Source: Isurus oxyrinchus
Taxonomy: Eukaryota
Assembly (NCBI GenBank): GCA_026770705.1
Contig: JANJGN010000016.1
Location: 121,334,001-121,398,000, forward strand
Reading direction: 5' to 3'
DNA: 64,000 nt
Below are positions 39,001-50,794 of this stretch, piece after piece. The first letter of the stretch is position 1, and each line of letters begins with the position of its first letter. The notes under the pieces are model-generated. The model searched no databases. It worked only from the letters and a program-made list of their open reading frames with translations, and was not told the origin of the DNA. A program made the position numbers and the translations under genes.

Positions 39001-39839
39001 TTTGGTAACCTACATTCAAAGATTGGGCCTTTAAACTTACTTGATTACGGCAGCTAGTGCCATAAAATGGAGGCATGTCCTCTCTTCCCCTGACTCTACT
39101 CCGCTTTAATGGAGTTCCTCTGCACGCATCATTGCTGCTGACCAGGAGATTCAGGCCATCGTGTTGGGTGGGGAGATGGTGCAGGATGTGGTTTTGTGCC
39201 CAGAGTTGCCTTTGTGGCAAGCTGCAGATCTCAGCTGTAGTGTCCGAGGGAGGCAGCACACTGAGCAAAGCTGCTTCGCTAGGCAGAAGGAGTAACATTT
39301 GACAGAAAAGTTACACCAGCTTGGTTTTCTCGCAATTCTTACAAGCTGTCCCACGAGTTACATATACAAACATCTGGAAGCTTCCTCTCTTGACTGGAGA
39401 CTGCCACCTATCCCTGAAGGAAGAAAAATACAGAGGAGGTGAAAGGGAGGCTTAATAGAGGCATTCCAAATGATGAGGGGTTTTGATCGAGCAAGTGGGG
39501 AGAAGTGAGTCAGTGACCAGAGGCCATAGGTAAAAAATAATTGGCAAAAGAACTGGAGACGAAACGAGGAGAAACATTTGTTAAAGTCTGGACTCCTAGA
39601 CACGTATAATGGAACCTTTTCCACCAGCACATTGATCTAGATAATAGGGTAAAAACACAGGAAAGTACCACTTTTGATTTCACATCAACATTCAGTTTCT
39701 GACAACTGCATCACTATAGTTACCTATTTACAGCTGATGATGATGTATTCTAAAATGGGACCTGTAACAAAGACAGATTTAGAAGTTCAACGTTACTCTT
39801 GGTGGGTTTTAAAGGTCCTCACTGCTTTCTTAATACATT

Positions 39840-40982
39840 GGCCGGGATTTTCAGTTCCTGTTTGCAGTGGGCATCTGAGCGGGCAGGAGTGGAAAATATC
39901 GGCAGGTCGTAAAAATCGGTTTCACGTAGTTGTAAAATCACTTTCCGCTCCACCCGTCAATGGCAAACCATGTTTCCCACTGCCGGACTTCAATACTTTA
40001 GCATCTCGTTATAAGGCCTGCTCACCAGAATCATTCTGCGCACGCTGGATCATGAGCTCACATCAGTGTGAGTGTTTCATAAGGGTACATAAGTGACGTG
40101 CACTTGGCGGGCTGCACTTCACCCTGGATTTCAAGGTTTGTTTGCCTACCTTGCTTTGGGCAGCTCTCAAGTCATCAGCGCCAGGTTTTGCAGGCAGCAC
40201 TACATCACTTTTAGAGGATCTCATGGGCAGATTTCTATCTACCAGACTAGCCATAAGGTAGGGGTGGGTTTTCAATGGTTGCAGGGCTAGGGCTTGCTTG
40301 GTGAAGGGGAATTCGCAGGTGTGTGTGGGGTCACAGGTTGATCTGTGCAAGTGGCCTCAAGATGTTGAGGATTGATGTGGCAGTCTGCAGAGGAGATGAG
40401 GCCAGATGGACAAGTGTGTGAGAGTGCGAGTGGCAACATCTTTGAGCTGGCAGTGAATGAGATGCCTTTGAATGTGTGATGGGCATGTGAGTGAGTTTAG
40501 AGTGATGAGATGGTTGCCTTACCCTGGCGGCAGGGATGAGATCATTCATCCTCTATCTGCATTGGCTGGCTAACCTCTTCTGAGTAGTGTTGGCACTGAC
40601 GACCATTATCACTACCTCCCAAGCCGGAGTGTTGAGATTGCTGGACCTCCTGTGGCCCGATCGGGAGTAGAGGACATCATGGCGGGCCTCCAAGAGGCAT
40701 TCCAGGAACGGGTCACTGAACTCTTCCTGGCTTTTAGGACCAGTCCTGGGCTGCAAGCACTGACACCTGCGTGGTGTGGCACTTGGAGTGAGGAAACGGT
40801 GAGATAACAGCACAGTGGGTGATTCAGAGTCTGCTCACCAGAAATATAGCATGTTTCCTGTGGCTGCATAATTAATGAGGTGGGAAAGCGCACAATACGG
40901 CAAGGAAACCGGTCCTTGCGGGAAATTGTCTTTTTTTCAGACCTGCCACTGCACTTAGTGCAAATCAAGGAAAATTCTGCCT
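39840..40982. mobile_element. Internally deleted Harbinger retaining a Myb/SANT exon-1 remnant (minus strand); TSD ATT
   Basis: ATT|GGCCGGGATTTTC...GAAAATTCTGCCT|ATT; minus strand FSDPFLECLLEA...AWEVV...QCR*RMNDL followed by donor GTAAGG. Confidence 0.75.
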
Positions 40983-41329
40983 ATTTTCTCTTCTAAGGAT
41001 CTTCAAAGAGTTGCTTTATTTTTCTCATTTCAATTGCTCTGTGTTGGTTATTTAATTTCCTAGATTTGTCCTGATTCATTTGCTCCAAATTCTTTTATAT
41101 TTCCTCTCTGGCCCTCCACTGCGTCTCGAAACCATTTATAAAAATAAAAAATCCTCTGAGGCTCTTCCAGCCACCCCATTTACTGGTTTCAATAATATTT
41201 TCTTTTTCTCAATGTTCTTTCACCTCACAAGGATGTTTAAAAAATGCTTTTGTTGAATTTTGTAATTTACCATTCCACTTTGATTTTCTACTTTAACCTC
41301 TTATTTTTGCTTGCTGCAATCCCCTATAT

Positions 41330-41760
41330 GAATCTCTACAGTCAGGTCGTCACCTGTCCCAGTACCAAACGTACTCCAACCAAAATCAGAACTGCTGTAC
41401 TGACCATGGTGCAACAACCCTCCTCAACCTCCTCTGTAGCCTCTGCGTTCTTTGACATGGTCAACCACACCATCCTCCTCCAATATCTCTCCTCCAGCAC
41501 AGTGTGACTGCCCTTGTTTGGGTTTCATTATGAGTAGAACATACCCAGCAATAGCTTCCCTTCCTACACCCACACTACTACCTCTAGAGTCCCCCTAAGG
41601 ACCCAGCCTTGGGCCCTATTTCTTTATCATGCTGGCCCTTGGTGACATCAAACGTATTCTTCCTCTGCACCATCTCTCTCTGTATGTTCTCAGACTGATC
41701 GTTCATCATCAAGTTTTGGATTTGCCCAATTTCCTCCTGTTAAACATTTGGTCCACCTGC
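41330..41760 (+). mobile_element. Old L2-type LINE RT fragment
   Basis: SAFFDMVNHTILL and a degenerate GVPQG..LGP (AGAGTCCCCTAAGGACCCAGCCTTGGGCCC). Confidence 0.6.
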
Positions 41761-42394
41761 CACATAAAACCCAGTGAGAAAAGTCTGAAGAAATCTGCAT
41801 CAGATTCGTTTATTAATCTTAATGATTTTACTTGTAGATAACTTGATGAACATTTCCATCTCAAGTGTTCCTTGTCTCTTTACGAGTGCTGTTGGACTTG
41901 CAGTGTATTTACAGCCATTTCCATTTTCTCTTTCAGATTTTCAGCATCTGAAATTTTCTTTTTATCAGATATTAATGTTTGCTTCTGATTTCAGAGTAAG
42001 ATAGGCTGTTCTTCCTGGCTGCTTACCTCTGATTCTCAACTTTGTCATCTTGGTGCTCTTTCTCTACCGTCCTAACCTACTTCTGCTTTGAATACCTCTC
42101 AGTTCAGCTCAATAGCTCTGGTCCATCCACTTGGGCCTTCACTTAAAGAAACCCCTCAAAAAAACCTCCAACCATATGCTGTAGTCAATTATCAATTATC
42201 TCTGTCAGCTTTTCTTATCCATACATTGGGGTAGTAGGAGTTCCAATCTTCAACTTTGTAATTTTATCCTGCTTATTGTTGATATTTAGCAATTTCTCAC
42301 TTTCATTTTCAGCCTCATTTAGCTGTAATATTGTTCACATTCCCCTCCAGGAAACACTATCTGGTTCTCCCAGTAAACTTCACTGTCTGTTTTT

Positions 42395-42665
42395 AATTCT
42401 TTCATGGGGTGTGGGTGTCATTGGCAAGGCCAGCATTTGTTGTCCATCCCTAATTGCCCCTTGAACTGTGTGGCTTGCTCAGCCATTTCAGAGGGCAGTT
42501 AACCACATTACTGTGGATCTGGAGTCACATGTAGGCCAGACCAGGTAAGGATGGCAGATTTCCTTCCTTAAAGGACACTAATGAACCAGATGGGTTTTTT
42601 TTTTTACAACAATTAATGATAGTTTTATGATCACCATTACTGAGATTAGCTTTATATTCCAGATT
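42395..42665 (-). mobile_element. SINE-like element sharing its 3' tail with the 1996-3538 LINE family
   Basis: Reverse complement GGGCAATTAGGGATGGACAACAAATGCTGGCCTTGCC matches the LINE tails at ~3471-3510 and ~48570-48610; the body is not LINE-derived. Confidence 0.7.
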
Positions 42666-44329
42666 AGGAACTAGCTACTCTTGATTTTCACTTACAACCT
42701 TCCTATATTATTATGACCAGCTGCTTTTGTTCCCTGGCCTCAGTATCAGCAATTCCTGTACCTTAACATTCTCCCAAATCTTTAACTATTTCAATCCCTT
42801 ACACAAATGCTTGTGTTGTTTAGTCATCTCTGTCCTATTGCTTATGTGAGTCCAAGTAAATTTGAAAGATTCCATTTCATCTTGGTTACAATCTGATTTT
42901 TCATTTCACAACACTATCAGTCCTCATTAGTCAACTGCTTCAATTCTTTTATTTTTTCCTACTATAATTTAATTTCCCTTGAAGTAATGCTATCTCAGGT
43001 TCTGCCCTAATTGCACTGTATGCAAGTGATGAATCTGTCTCCTGTCCATTTTGGACATCTTCCTCTTCTCATTTTAAACATCAGATTAGAATTCCCAAAT
43101 TCAGGTTTAAATAATCTAATCTGGTAGTGGGTTAGTTATAAAAGCCTAACTGTAGCAATATGTCCCAGCTCAAAATTCAGGCTATTGCTAGCTCAGTTAA
43201 CATATCATTTGGCCCATTGTGCTTTGTCAGCTCTTTGATAGGGCTATTCATTTAGTCAGCTCCCCTTTTCCCCCATATTTCCAGTGACTGCGCTCCTCTG
43301 GTACTAATGATACACCAACCCTCACACGAATGGCGAACAAGGTCCTTCAGTAATAGTAGACTCCTTACATACTATTTATTGCATCTTCAATGACGGCTTC
43401 TTACAATTTCTTAGTAACATCTCCAATTGTTGAATATATTAATAATAAACTGAAAAAAGAAAACAAGAAATATTGGAAATTCATAAGAGCATCTGAAAGA
43501 TAAAGAAAGATGGATTTATCAAATAGGAGTCTTAAATGAAATGTCAACCTGTCTTATTCTTTTGGCTAATCCATGATGCATTTCCAGTATTTACTGATCT
43601 TATTGTCATTGGCCTTGGAATTATTTCATAAGCAAATAGAGAAGTTCCTGTCTCTACTATTTTAGCAGAACCATTAACTGTTTAACACAAATTGGATAAC
43701 TCCCTCTAAAATAGCAGAGAGTAGAGGTTATGTTATTTTCTTCTAGTACCCTTTGTCATAATTTCAAGGCTATTGTGTCTAATCTATTCATGAAACCTTA
43801 TGTATTTAATGTGCTTTCTGACCTTTCCATTCTACTTCTTGAGTCTCCTGTGGTTAGTAATGTGTGCTCTTTGCTCTCATATTCAATAACATTTACATGA
43901 TATGTCATGCTACATTCAAGCGTATTGAAACAAGCTAAAGAACACTTAAAGGTCCAGATCGTTGTGAAGTATTTTTCATATAGGGTTGTAGACAATAGTG
44001 CAAAATAAACCCAGCTCATGTGTGTCTCTGTATGTTTGTGTATATATATGGTTATATATACAGTATCCATTTAGGTATTATATAGACACACATACCCATT
44101 AAGAATAAATTTACCTGATACAAGCTTTAAACCTCAAATAGATTCTTCCACTTCAACTACTTACTTCCACAGCAAACATATAGTTAACTACGATGTGTGG
44201 CTCCTTTATGATTCCACCTTCTTTGTTGCTGATTAGTCAGCCAGCTCCACAGCTTAAATTCTATATTCTGACTCATAATAGTGGGAAGCTTGATATTATT
44301 TGACCTTTACTCACTGTTCTTATAGGTGT

Positions 44330-44655
44330 CCCCTTGGTTAAGTGGTGGCCTCTGAGTCAGAAGTTCGTGGGTTCAAGCCTTATCCATGACATTTCACCAC
44401 ATAGGCTAATAATCCATTGCAGTACTGAAGGAGTGCAACATTGCCTTTTGGGATGTTAAACTAAGGCCCTGATAGCCCTCTCAAGTGGATGTAAAAGATC
44501 CCATGGCAGTATCTTGAAGTAGAGCTGTGGTGTTCTTCCTGTTGTAATGGCCAATAGTTATTGCTCAACCAACATCAGTAAAAAGGGATTACCTGACCAT
44601 TATCACGTTATTGAGATCTTGGTATGTGCACATTGACTGCTATGTTACTGCCTCC
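44330..44655 (+). mobile_element. tRNA-headed Deu-domain SINE (SacSINE1-like)
   Basis: B-box GGGTTCAAGCC; Deu-like core GTGGATGTAAAAGATCCCATGGCA...GGCCAATAGTTATTGCTCAACCAACATCA. Family name recalled from memory. Confidence 0.7.
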
Positions 44656-45121
44656 CAACCTACTTCTGAATTATGTGAATTCTCTCCTGCTCCCACACTA
44701 GGTTTGTCAACTCTGATTGGACATGAAGTGGGATAAATTAATTGATATTATTAAGATTGTTATTAAAATGTACATTACTAGCTTTAGAATAGACAAATGT
44801 TGGTATGAGGGGGCTTCCGGGCATGGTGGGAAATTTTGCCAATATTATAGGCATGATGGGATCCTTGGCCAAGGATAGTTCCAGAGGTGGCTAGCCCAGC
44901 AGCTGCAACAATAACAGTTTTCACAGACATTCATTGCTAAATAGGATGAGGAGATAAGGGGGAACTGAAGGCCGTATCCCAGGCTGAGGGGTGAGAAATT
45001 GGGAACATCTGCTGATAGATTAGAATGGTTAGTTAAGAAATTAATGAGAAACATTAGAATGAAAACTAGGAAGATAAGAATTATACATATGTTCTACAAA
45101 GCTTGTATCATAGAAAGAGGC

Positions 45122-47270
45122 ACCATAAGACCATAAGACATAGGAGCAGAAATTAGACCATTTGGCCCATCGAGTGATCAATCATGGCTGATAAGTTTCG
45201 CAACTCCATTCTCCCACCTTCTCCCTGTAACCTTTGATCTCCTTACCAATCAAGAATCTATCTATCTCGGTCTTAAAAATACTCAATGACCTGGCCTCCA
45301 CAGCCTTCTGTGACAATGAATTCCATAGATTCACCACTCTCTGGCTAAAGAAGTTTCTCCCCATCTCTGTTCTAAAAAGTCTTCCCTTTACTCTGAGGCT
45401 GTGCCCTTGGGTCCTAGTCTCTCCTACTATTGGAAACATCTTCCCCACGTCCACTCTATCCAGGCCTTTCAGTATTCTGTAAGTTTCAATCAGATCCCCC
45501 CTCATCCTTCTAAACTCCATCGACTATAGACCCAGAGTCCTCAAATGTTCCTCATATGTTAAGCTTTTCATTCCTGGGATCATTCTCGTGAAACTCCTCT
45601 GGACCCTCTCCAGGGCCAACACATCCTTCCTGAGATACGGGGCCCAAAATTGCTCACAATATTCTAAATGTGGTCTGACCAGAGCCTTATAAAGCCTCAG
45701 CAGCACATCCCTGCTTTTATATTCTAGTCCTCTCGAAATAAACGCCAACATTGCATTTGCCTTCCTAACTACTGACTCAACCTGCAAGTTAACCTTAAGA
45801 GAATTCTGGACTAGGACTCCCAAGTCCCTTTGCACTCCAGATTTCTGAATTCTCTCCCCATTTAGAAAATAGTCTATGCCTCTATTCTTCCTACCAAAGT
45901 GCATGACCTCACACTTCCCCATGTTGTATTCCATTTGCCACTTCTTTGCCCATTCTACTAACTTGTCCAAATCCTTCTGTAGCCTCCCCGCCTCCTCAAT
46001 ACTACCTGTCCCTCCACCTATCTTTGTATCATCTGCAAACTTAGCCAGGATGTCCTCAGTTCCTTCATCTAGATTATTAGTATAAAGTGAAAAGTTGTGG
46101 TCCCAACACTGACTCCTGTGGAACTCCACTAGTCACCGGCTGCCATCCTAAGAAGGACCCCCTTATCCCCACTCTCTGCCTCCTGCCAGACAGCCAATCT
46201 TCTATCCAGGCTAGTACCTTGCCTCTAACACCATGGGCTCTTATCTTACTGAGCAGCCTCCTATGTGGCACCTTGTCAAAGGTCTTCTGGAAGTCCAAGT
46301 AGATAACATCCATTGGCTCTCCTTTGTCTAACCTACTCGTTACCTCCTCAAAGAATTCTAACAGATTTGTCAGGCATGACCTCCCCTTGATGAAACCATG
46401 CTGACTTTGCCCGATTTTACCATGCACTTCCAAGTATTCTGAAATCTCATCCTTAATAATGGACTCTAAAATCTTACCAACGACTGAGGTCAGGCTAATC
46501 GGCCTGTAATTTCCCGTCTTTTGCCTCACTCCCTTCTTAGACAGGGGGGTTACATTAGCGATTTTCCAGTCCTCTGGGACCCTCCCTGACTCCAGTGACT
46601 CCTGAAAGATCACCACTAAGCCTCCACTATCTCTTCAGCTCTCTCCTTCAGAACTCGGGCGTAATCCATCTGGTCCAGGTAATTTATCCACCTTCAGACC
46701 TTTCAGTTTTCCGAGCACCTTCTCCTTGGTAATGGCCACCATACTCACCTCTACCCCCCAACTCTCTTGAACTTTGTTGATGTCACTCGTGTATTCCACT
46801 GTGAAGACTGACACAAAGTACCTATTCAGTGCCTCTTCCGTTTCTTTGTTTCCCACTACTACTTCTCCAGCGTCATTTTCCAGCAGCCCAATGTCCACTT
46901 TTGCCTCTCTCTTACCCTTTATATATCTAAAAAAACTCCTGCAATCTTCTTTTATATTACTGGCTAGTTTAACCTCATATTTAATCTTCTCCCTCCTTAT
47001 TTCTTTTTTAGTTGTCCTCTGTTGGTCTTTGTAGACTTCCCAATCCCCTGGTTTCCCATTGCTCTTCGCCACATTGTATGCTTTCTCTTTAGCTTTTATG
47101 CTGTCCCTGACTTCCCTTGTCAGCCATGGTTGCCTCGTCCTCCCTTTAGTATGCTTCTTCTTCCTAGGGATGAGTTTTTGCTGTGTCTCCCAAATTACTC
47201 CCAGAAACTCCTGCCATTGCTGTTCCACTGTCTTTCCTGCTAGGCGCATCTCCCAGTCAATTCTGGCCAT
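45122..47270 (-). mobile_element. Relatively young 5'-truncated CR1 LINE (RT)
   Basis: Four consecutive long ORF pieces (NYRPISLTSVVGK, YLDFQKTFDKVPH, KFADDTK, LVRPHLEYC); tail CCTATGTCTTATGGTCTTATGG; same family as 4810-8950. Confidence 0.95.
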
Positions 47271-48029
47271 GGCAGGCTGTGGTCCTCTCTCACCAGCATA
47301 CGCTTGAAGAAAACCTTTGCTTACTGGAAATTCACAGGTTTCAGTTGTTTCTCACACCACAAAAGACATATTTTTGGATGTGTTATCACATGACCTCCTG
47401 CTCCCAACTGCCCCTCCCCCACACTTTCACCATTGGTTCCCCCATCGTGCCTGTTTTGGCCAATAAGAAAGTGAGCAGATATTTCATTAAACGACTGAAT
47501 GATTCTTGCAGTCAGTCAGACTGTCTTTTTTGTCACGTGCAATATTTGCATAACTAGTTAACAAAACTGTTTAAATCAGAAAAAATGTCCTGCAGATTAA
47601 CTGCTAATTCCTTGGGACTCCAGGGCAACTCGGGGTTTTGGCAACCCGATCCTCCACCCCAGGAAACCCCTCCCACAGCTCAGCACTCCATTTCCAAATT
47701 GAATCTTCGACTTCCCAAGAGTTCCAGATCATTGACACACCACTCCCACTATTCCCAGGCCCTACAAGCCACTCCTACTATTGCTCATTATTCCCCCCAA
47801 AAGCTTTACCTTAGCCAAGTCCTAACATCATCATGCCAGTACTCCTACCACTTCCTCATCCCAATGATCCTCTGCTCTTCCTACATCCTACCAAGTCCTC
47901 CAACTGTTTCCACACCTCTGGATTATCATTCCAATTTGAACAAGTCATCCTCATTTATTTCTTTGTACATTCCTTGTATATGTCCCATACCTCCCTGCAA
48001 CCTGCAACATATTCCCAACTTCACTGAAG

Positions 48030-48632
48030 CTGTCCACCATATACAAGGCACAAGTCAGGAGTGTGATGGAGTATTCTCCACTTGCCTGGATGAATTAAGC
48101 TGTAACAAGACTCCAGAAGCTCAACATTGGTTCACCTTGACTGTAGTGTGTACCAGCTACAAGATGCACTGTAGTAACTCACCAAGGCTCTTTCAACAGC
48201 ACCTTCCAAATCTGAGACTTCCACCACCTAAAAGAACAAGGCAGCAGAGGCATGGTCACACCATCTCCCCCGAAATCCCCTCTCCACCACATACTATTCC
48301 AACGTGGAACTATGGGCAGAATTTTAGGACAGCTGGATTTTACGTTCCCGCTGAAGATAATGGGATTTATAACGGCTTGCCGCATTTTACCGCCCCATCC
48401 CCGCCAAAAAGAGGCTGTAAAATTCTGCTCTATATTGCCGTTCCTTCATTATCACTGAGTCAAAATCCTGAAATTCCCTCCTTAATAACACTGTGAGAGT
48501 ATCTTCACCACAGGTCCAAAGGTCACTGCAAAGGTCCAAGAAGGCAGCTCACCAAAACCTTCTCAAGGGGTATTAGGAATAGGCAATATATACTGGCCTT
48601 ACCAGTGATGCTCACATCTCATGAATGAATTG
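48030..48632 (+). mobile_element. 3' fragment of the 1996-3538 LINE family
   Basis: Aligns with 3000-3530, including the tail GGCAATATATACTGGCCTTACCAGTGATGCTCACAT. Confidence 0.85.
48314..48430. mobile_element. 117-bp minimal Harbinger MITE, TSD TAT
   Basis: TAT|GGGCAGAATTTTA...TAAAATTCTGCTC|TAT; removing it restores the LINE sequence seen at ~3339-3360. Confidence 0.88.
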
Positions 48633-48665
48633 ATCAAAAAGAAACTATCTTTCAGTGCAAACTTG

Positions 48666-49396
48666 AGGCTGAATTTTCACTTTTGGGGTGTGGAATAGGA
48701 GTTGGGACTTTTTCCAGGTCCCAAACTCACCTCCAGGAGGCAACAGTCACTCATGGGGATTTTGACTGGGCTGCCCCCTTAATTGGCATTGAGGCAGGTT
48801 CCCTGTCCAAGTAAGGGTGGCAGTCAGGCTCTCAATCAGGAGCTGGAGGGCCATTCAGAGGCCTTCCTGCTTTGGAGGGGCAGGCAGCTGCTGTACAGTG
48901 TAAGTAACTACGAGGGCACTTCAACAAGATACCCGCTCAGTCACTTTTTAAAAATGTAACTAAAAGATTGAAATAGCAATCAGGCCACCATTGCGGTGGT
49001 GGAGGAGAGCTGGGGGCGAAGTGGGGGGGTGGTGAGTATTATCCATCTACAGGATGACCATTGTTTGCACCCGCATTCAGACAGGTGGAGAGAGTTCGTA
49101 GGTCTCCCTGGAGCAGTGGCCGCTTGACCTGTCACTGGCTGTCTGCCCCCAGGCAGTTGAATTGACCCCTGTCATGTTGGGGAACTGGGGGCCAAGTGTA
49201 AGTTCCAGTCAACCTCCTTTTAACCACCGTTAACCAGGCTCTCAATGAGTCTAACTGACTGTCCAATTCATGGTGGCAGGTTGTCATGCCTCTCCCAAAA
49301 TGGCCAGTACTGGGAACAGCATCGCTGGCTGGCACCATATTTTCAGGCCCCACCCGCCTCCTTTCCCAATCCCAGTGGGGTCCAAAAATTCTGCCC
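48666..49396. mobile_element. Harbinger-type MITE, TSD TTG
   Basis: TTG|AGGCTGAATTTT...AAAATTCTGCCC|TTG. Confidence 0.78.
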
Positions 49397-50438
49397 TTGA
49401 TCTTTAACCAGAGGTAAGACATAAAATCTATTATATAACGAAGCGAACGTAATAATAACGAAAGCCACTGAGTTGCCATTGCAAGAAAACTGTGCACTAT
49501 ATCATATCGTTTCAATCTGAAAGGAGCAATCATTCTCCCATAATATTCATTGTAACAAGAACACAATTCTACTTAGTTACTGCCGCTGGCTATTGCATGG
49601 CATAAAACACAGCATCCTTCAGCTTATTGTGTGGGCGCATACACACACAGGCACAGAATCGCACAAATACACACACAGAGACACACACAAGACTTTGTTT
49701 TATGCTATATAGTCATAGGAACATAGGAGAACAGAAGTAGACAAATCAGCTCCTCAAGCCTGTTCCCTCATTGATTAGATCATAGAAAATCTGAGTTTTA
49801 ACTCAATCTGTCTCCCGGTTTGCAACATAATAGTCAATGAACAAGTATAATGTAGGAGTGCAGTATTTAATTAAAGAGATATAGCACAATATATTGAGAT
49901 TTTTATGTGAATAAAAACATTTCCTTCCTGAATTATGATAGCTACGATAAAGGTGTGTCTCTTCAAAGTGGACAAAGCTCAACCAATAAAATGTGCTTCA
50001 GCTGAATTTAATTTCTAACATCCTAAAAGGTGCTACTATATGCTTCAACCTATCTGGAGATAACAGAATAAAATTAAGTTGGTCCTCAAGGAGTTAAAAA
50101 TGCTTTGACTGGTAATAGATTGCCTGGCACCCAGGAAAAGCTAAAAGATTAGTTTAAAGGATGTCTTATTTGCAAGCACGGGTCTGTGAAAGAAAAGAAA
50201 ATGCTTGGTGGGTTTTGCTAATTTGGGTTTGAAAATAAGAGATTGAAGAGCTTCAAACACCACAGAAATATTTATTCAACTGATATATATATACAGGTAG
50301 TGTGTTGCGTATCATAAGCGAGTTAGTGTTAAAAACAAGCCTACTATGAAATAATTAAGAGGATGTATACCAAAGAGCAAAATATTATTTTTTAGTTCCG
50401 TGTAGTTTCCAGGCCCTGGATATGCATATTTCTCTTTC

Positions 50439-50448
50439 GGGAAATTCC
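50439..50448 (+). promoter_or_regulatory. NF-kB consensus site in the RGS promoter
   Basis: GGGAAATTCC fits GGGRNWYYCC, ~200 bp upstream of the TATA box. Function not shown. Confidence 0.5.
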
Positions 50449-50646
50449 GGTGATAAGCACGCAGCTTCTCAAAGGTGTTGGGACACAATTCAAGGTTGTA
50501 ATTTCTGGTAAGAGAAATGAATTGTGGCTGCTCACTGCATCATGATTGTCTGACTGTTGACTTTGTCTGTTAATCGTCATCACTGCCGGTTTACTGCACT
50601 GGCTGTCATTGGCCAGCTGTTTGGCCCCTGTCCACTGAACACACCA

Positions 50647-50654
50647 TATAAAAA
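50647..50654 (+). promoter_or_regulatory. TATA box of the RGS gene
   Basis: TATAAAAA 104 bp upstream of the ATG. Confidence 0.7.
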
Positions 50655-50750
50655 CCCTGTCACTGCAGAGAGTTGCATCAGAAACCAAAAGCTAAAGTGA
50701 AGCATTGCCATAGAACTGACACTGGTCAACAGAGACTGATTAATAACAAC

Positions 50751-50794
50751 ATGTGCAAAGGACTAGCTGCACTGCCTGCTACTTGCCTAAGAAG
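50751..50794 (+). CDS. rgs4: Regulator of G-protein signaling, RGS4-like, coding exon 1
   Basis: ACAACATG context; MCKGLAALPATCLR; donor AG|GTATGT, phase 2. Confidence 0.92.

Noticed and set aside
38624-39057. Pro/Thr/His-rich ORFs
   Set aside because: Products of the C/A-rich low-complexity tract.
44330-44400. tRNA gene
   Set aside because: Only a B-box-like head without a cloverleaf, continuing into a SINE body.
45118-47274. GGCA as TSD of the minus-strand CR1
   Set aside because: Only 4 bp with ambiguous element ends; could be chance.
47585-48496. 303-aa ORF, the longest in the track
   Set aside because: Runs across low-complexity DNA, a LINE fragment and a MITE; no coherent domain.
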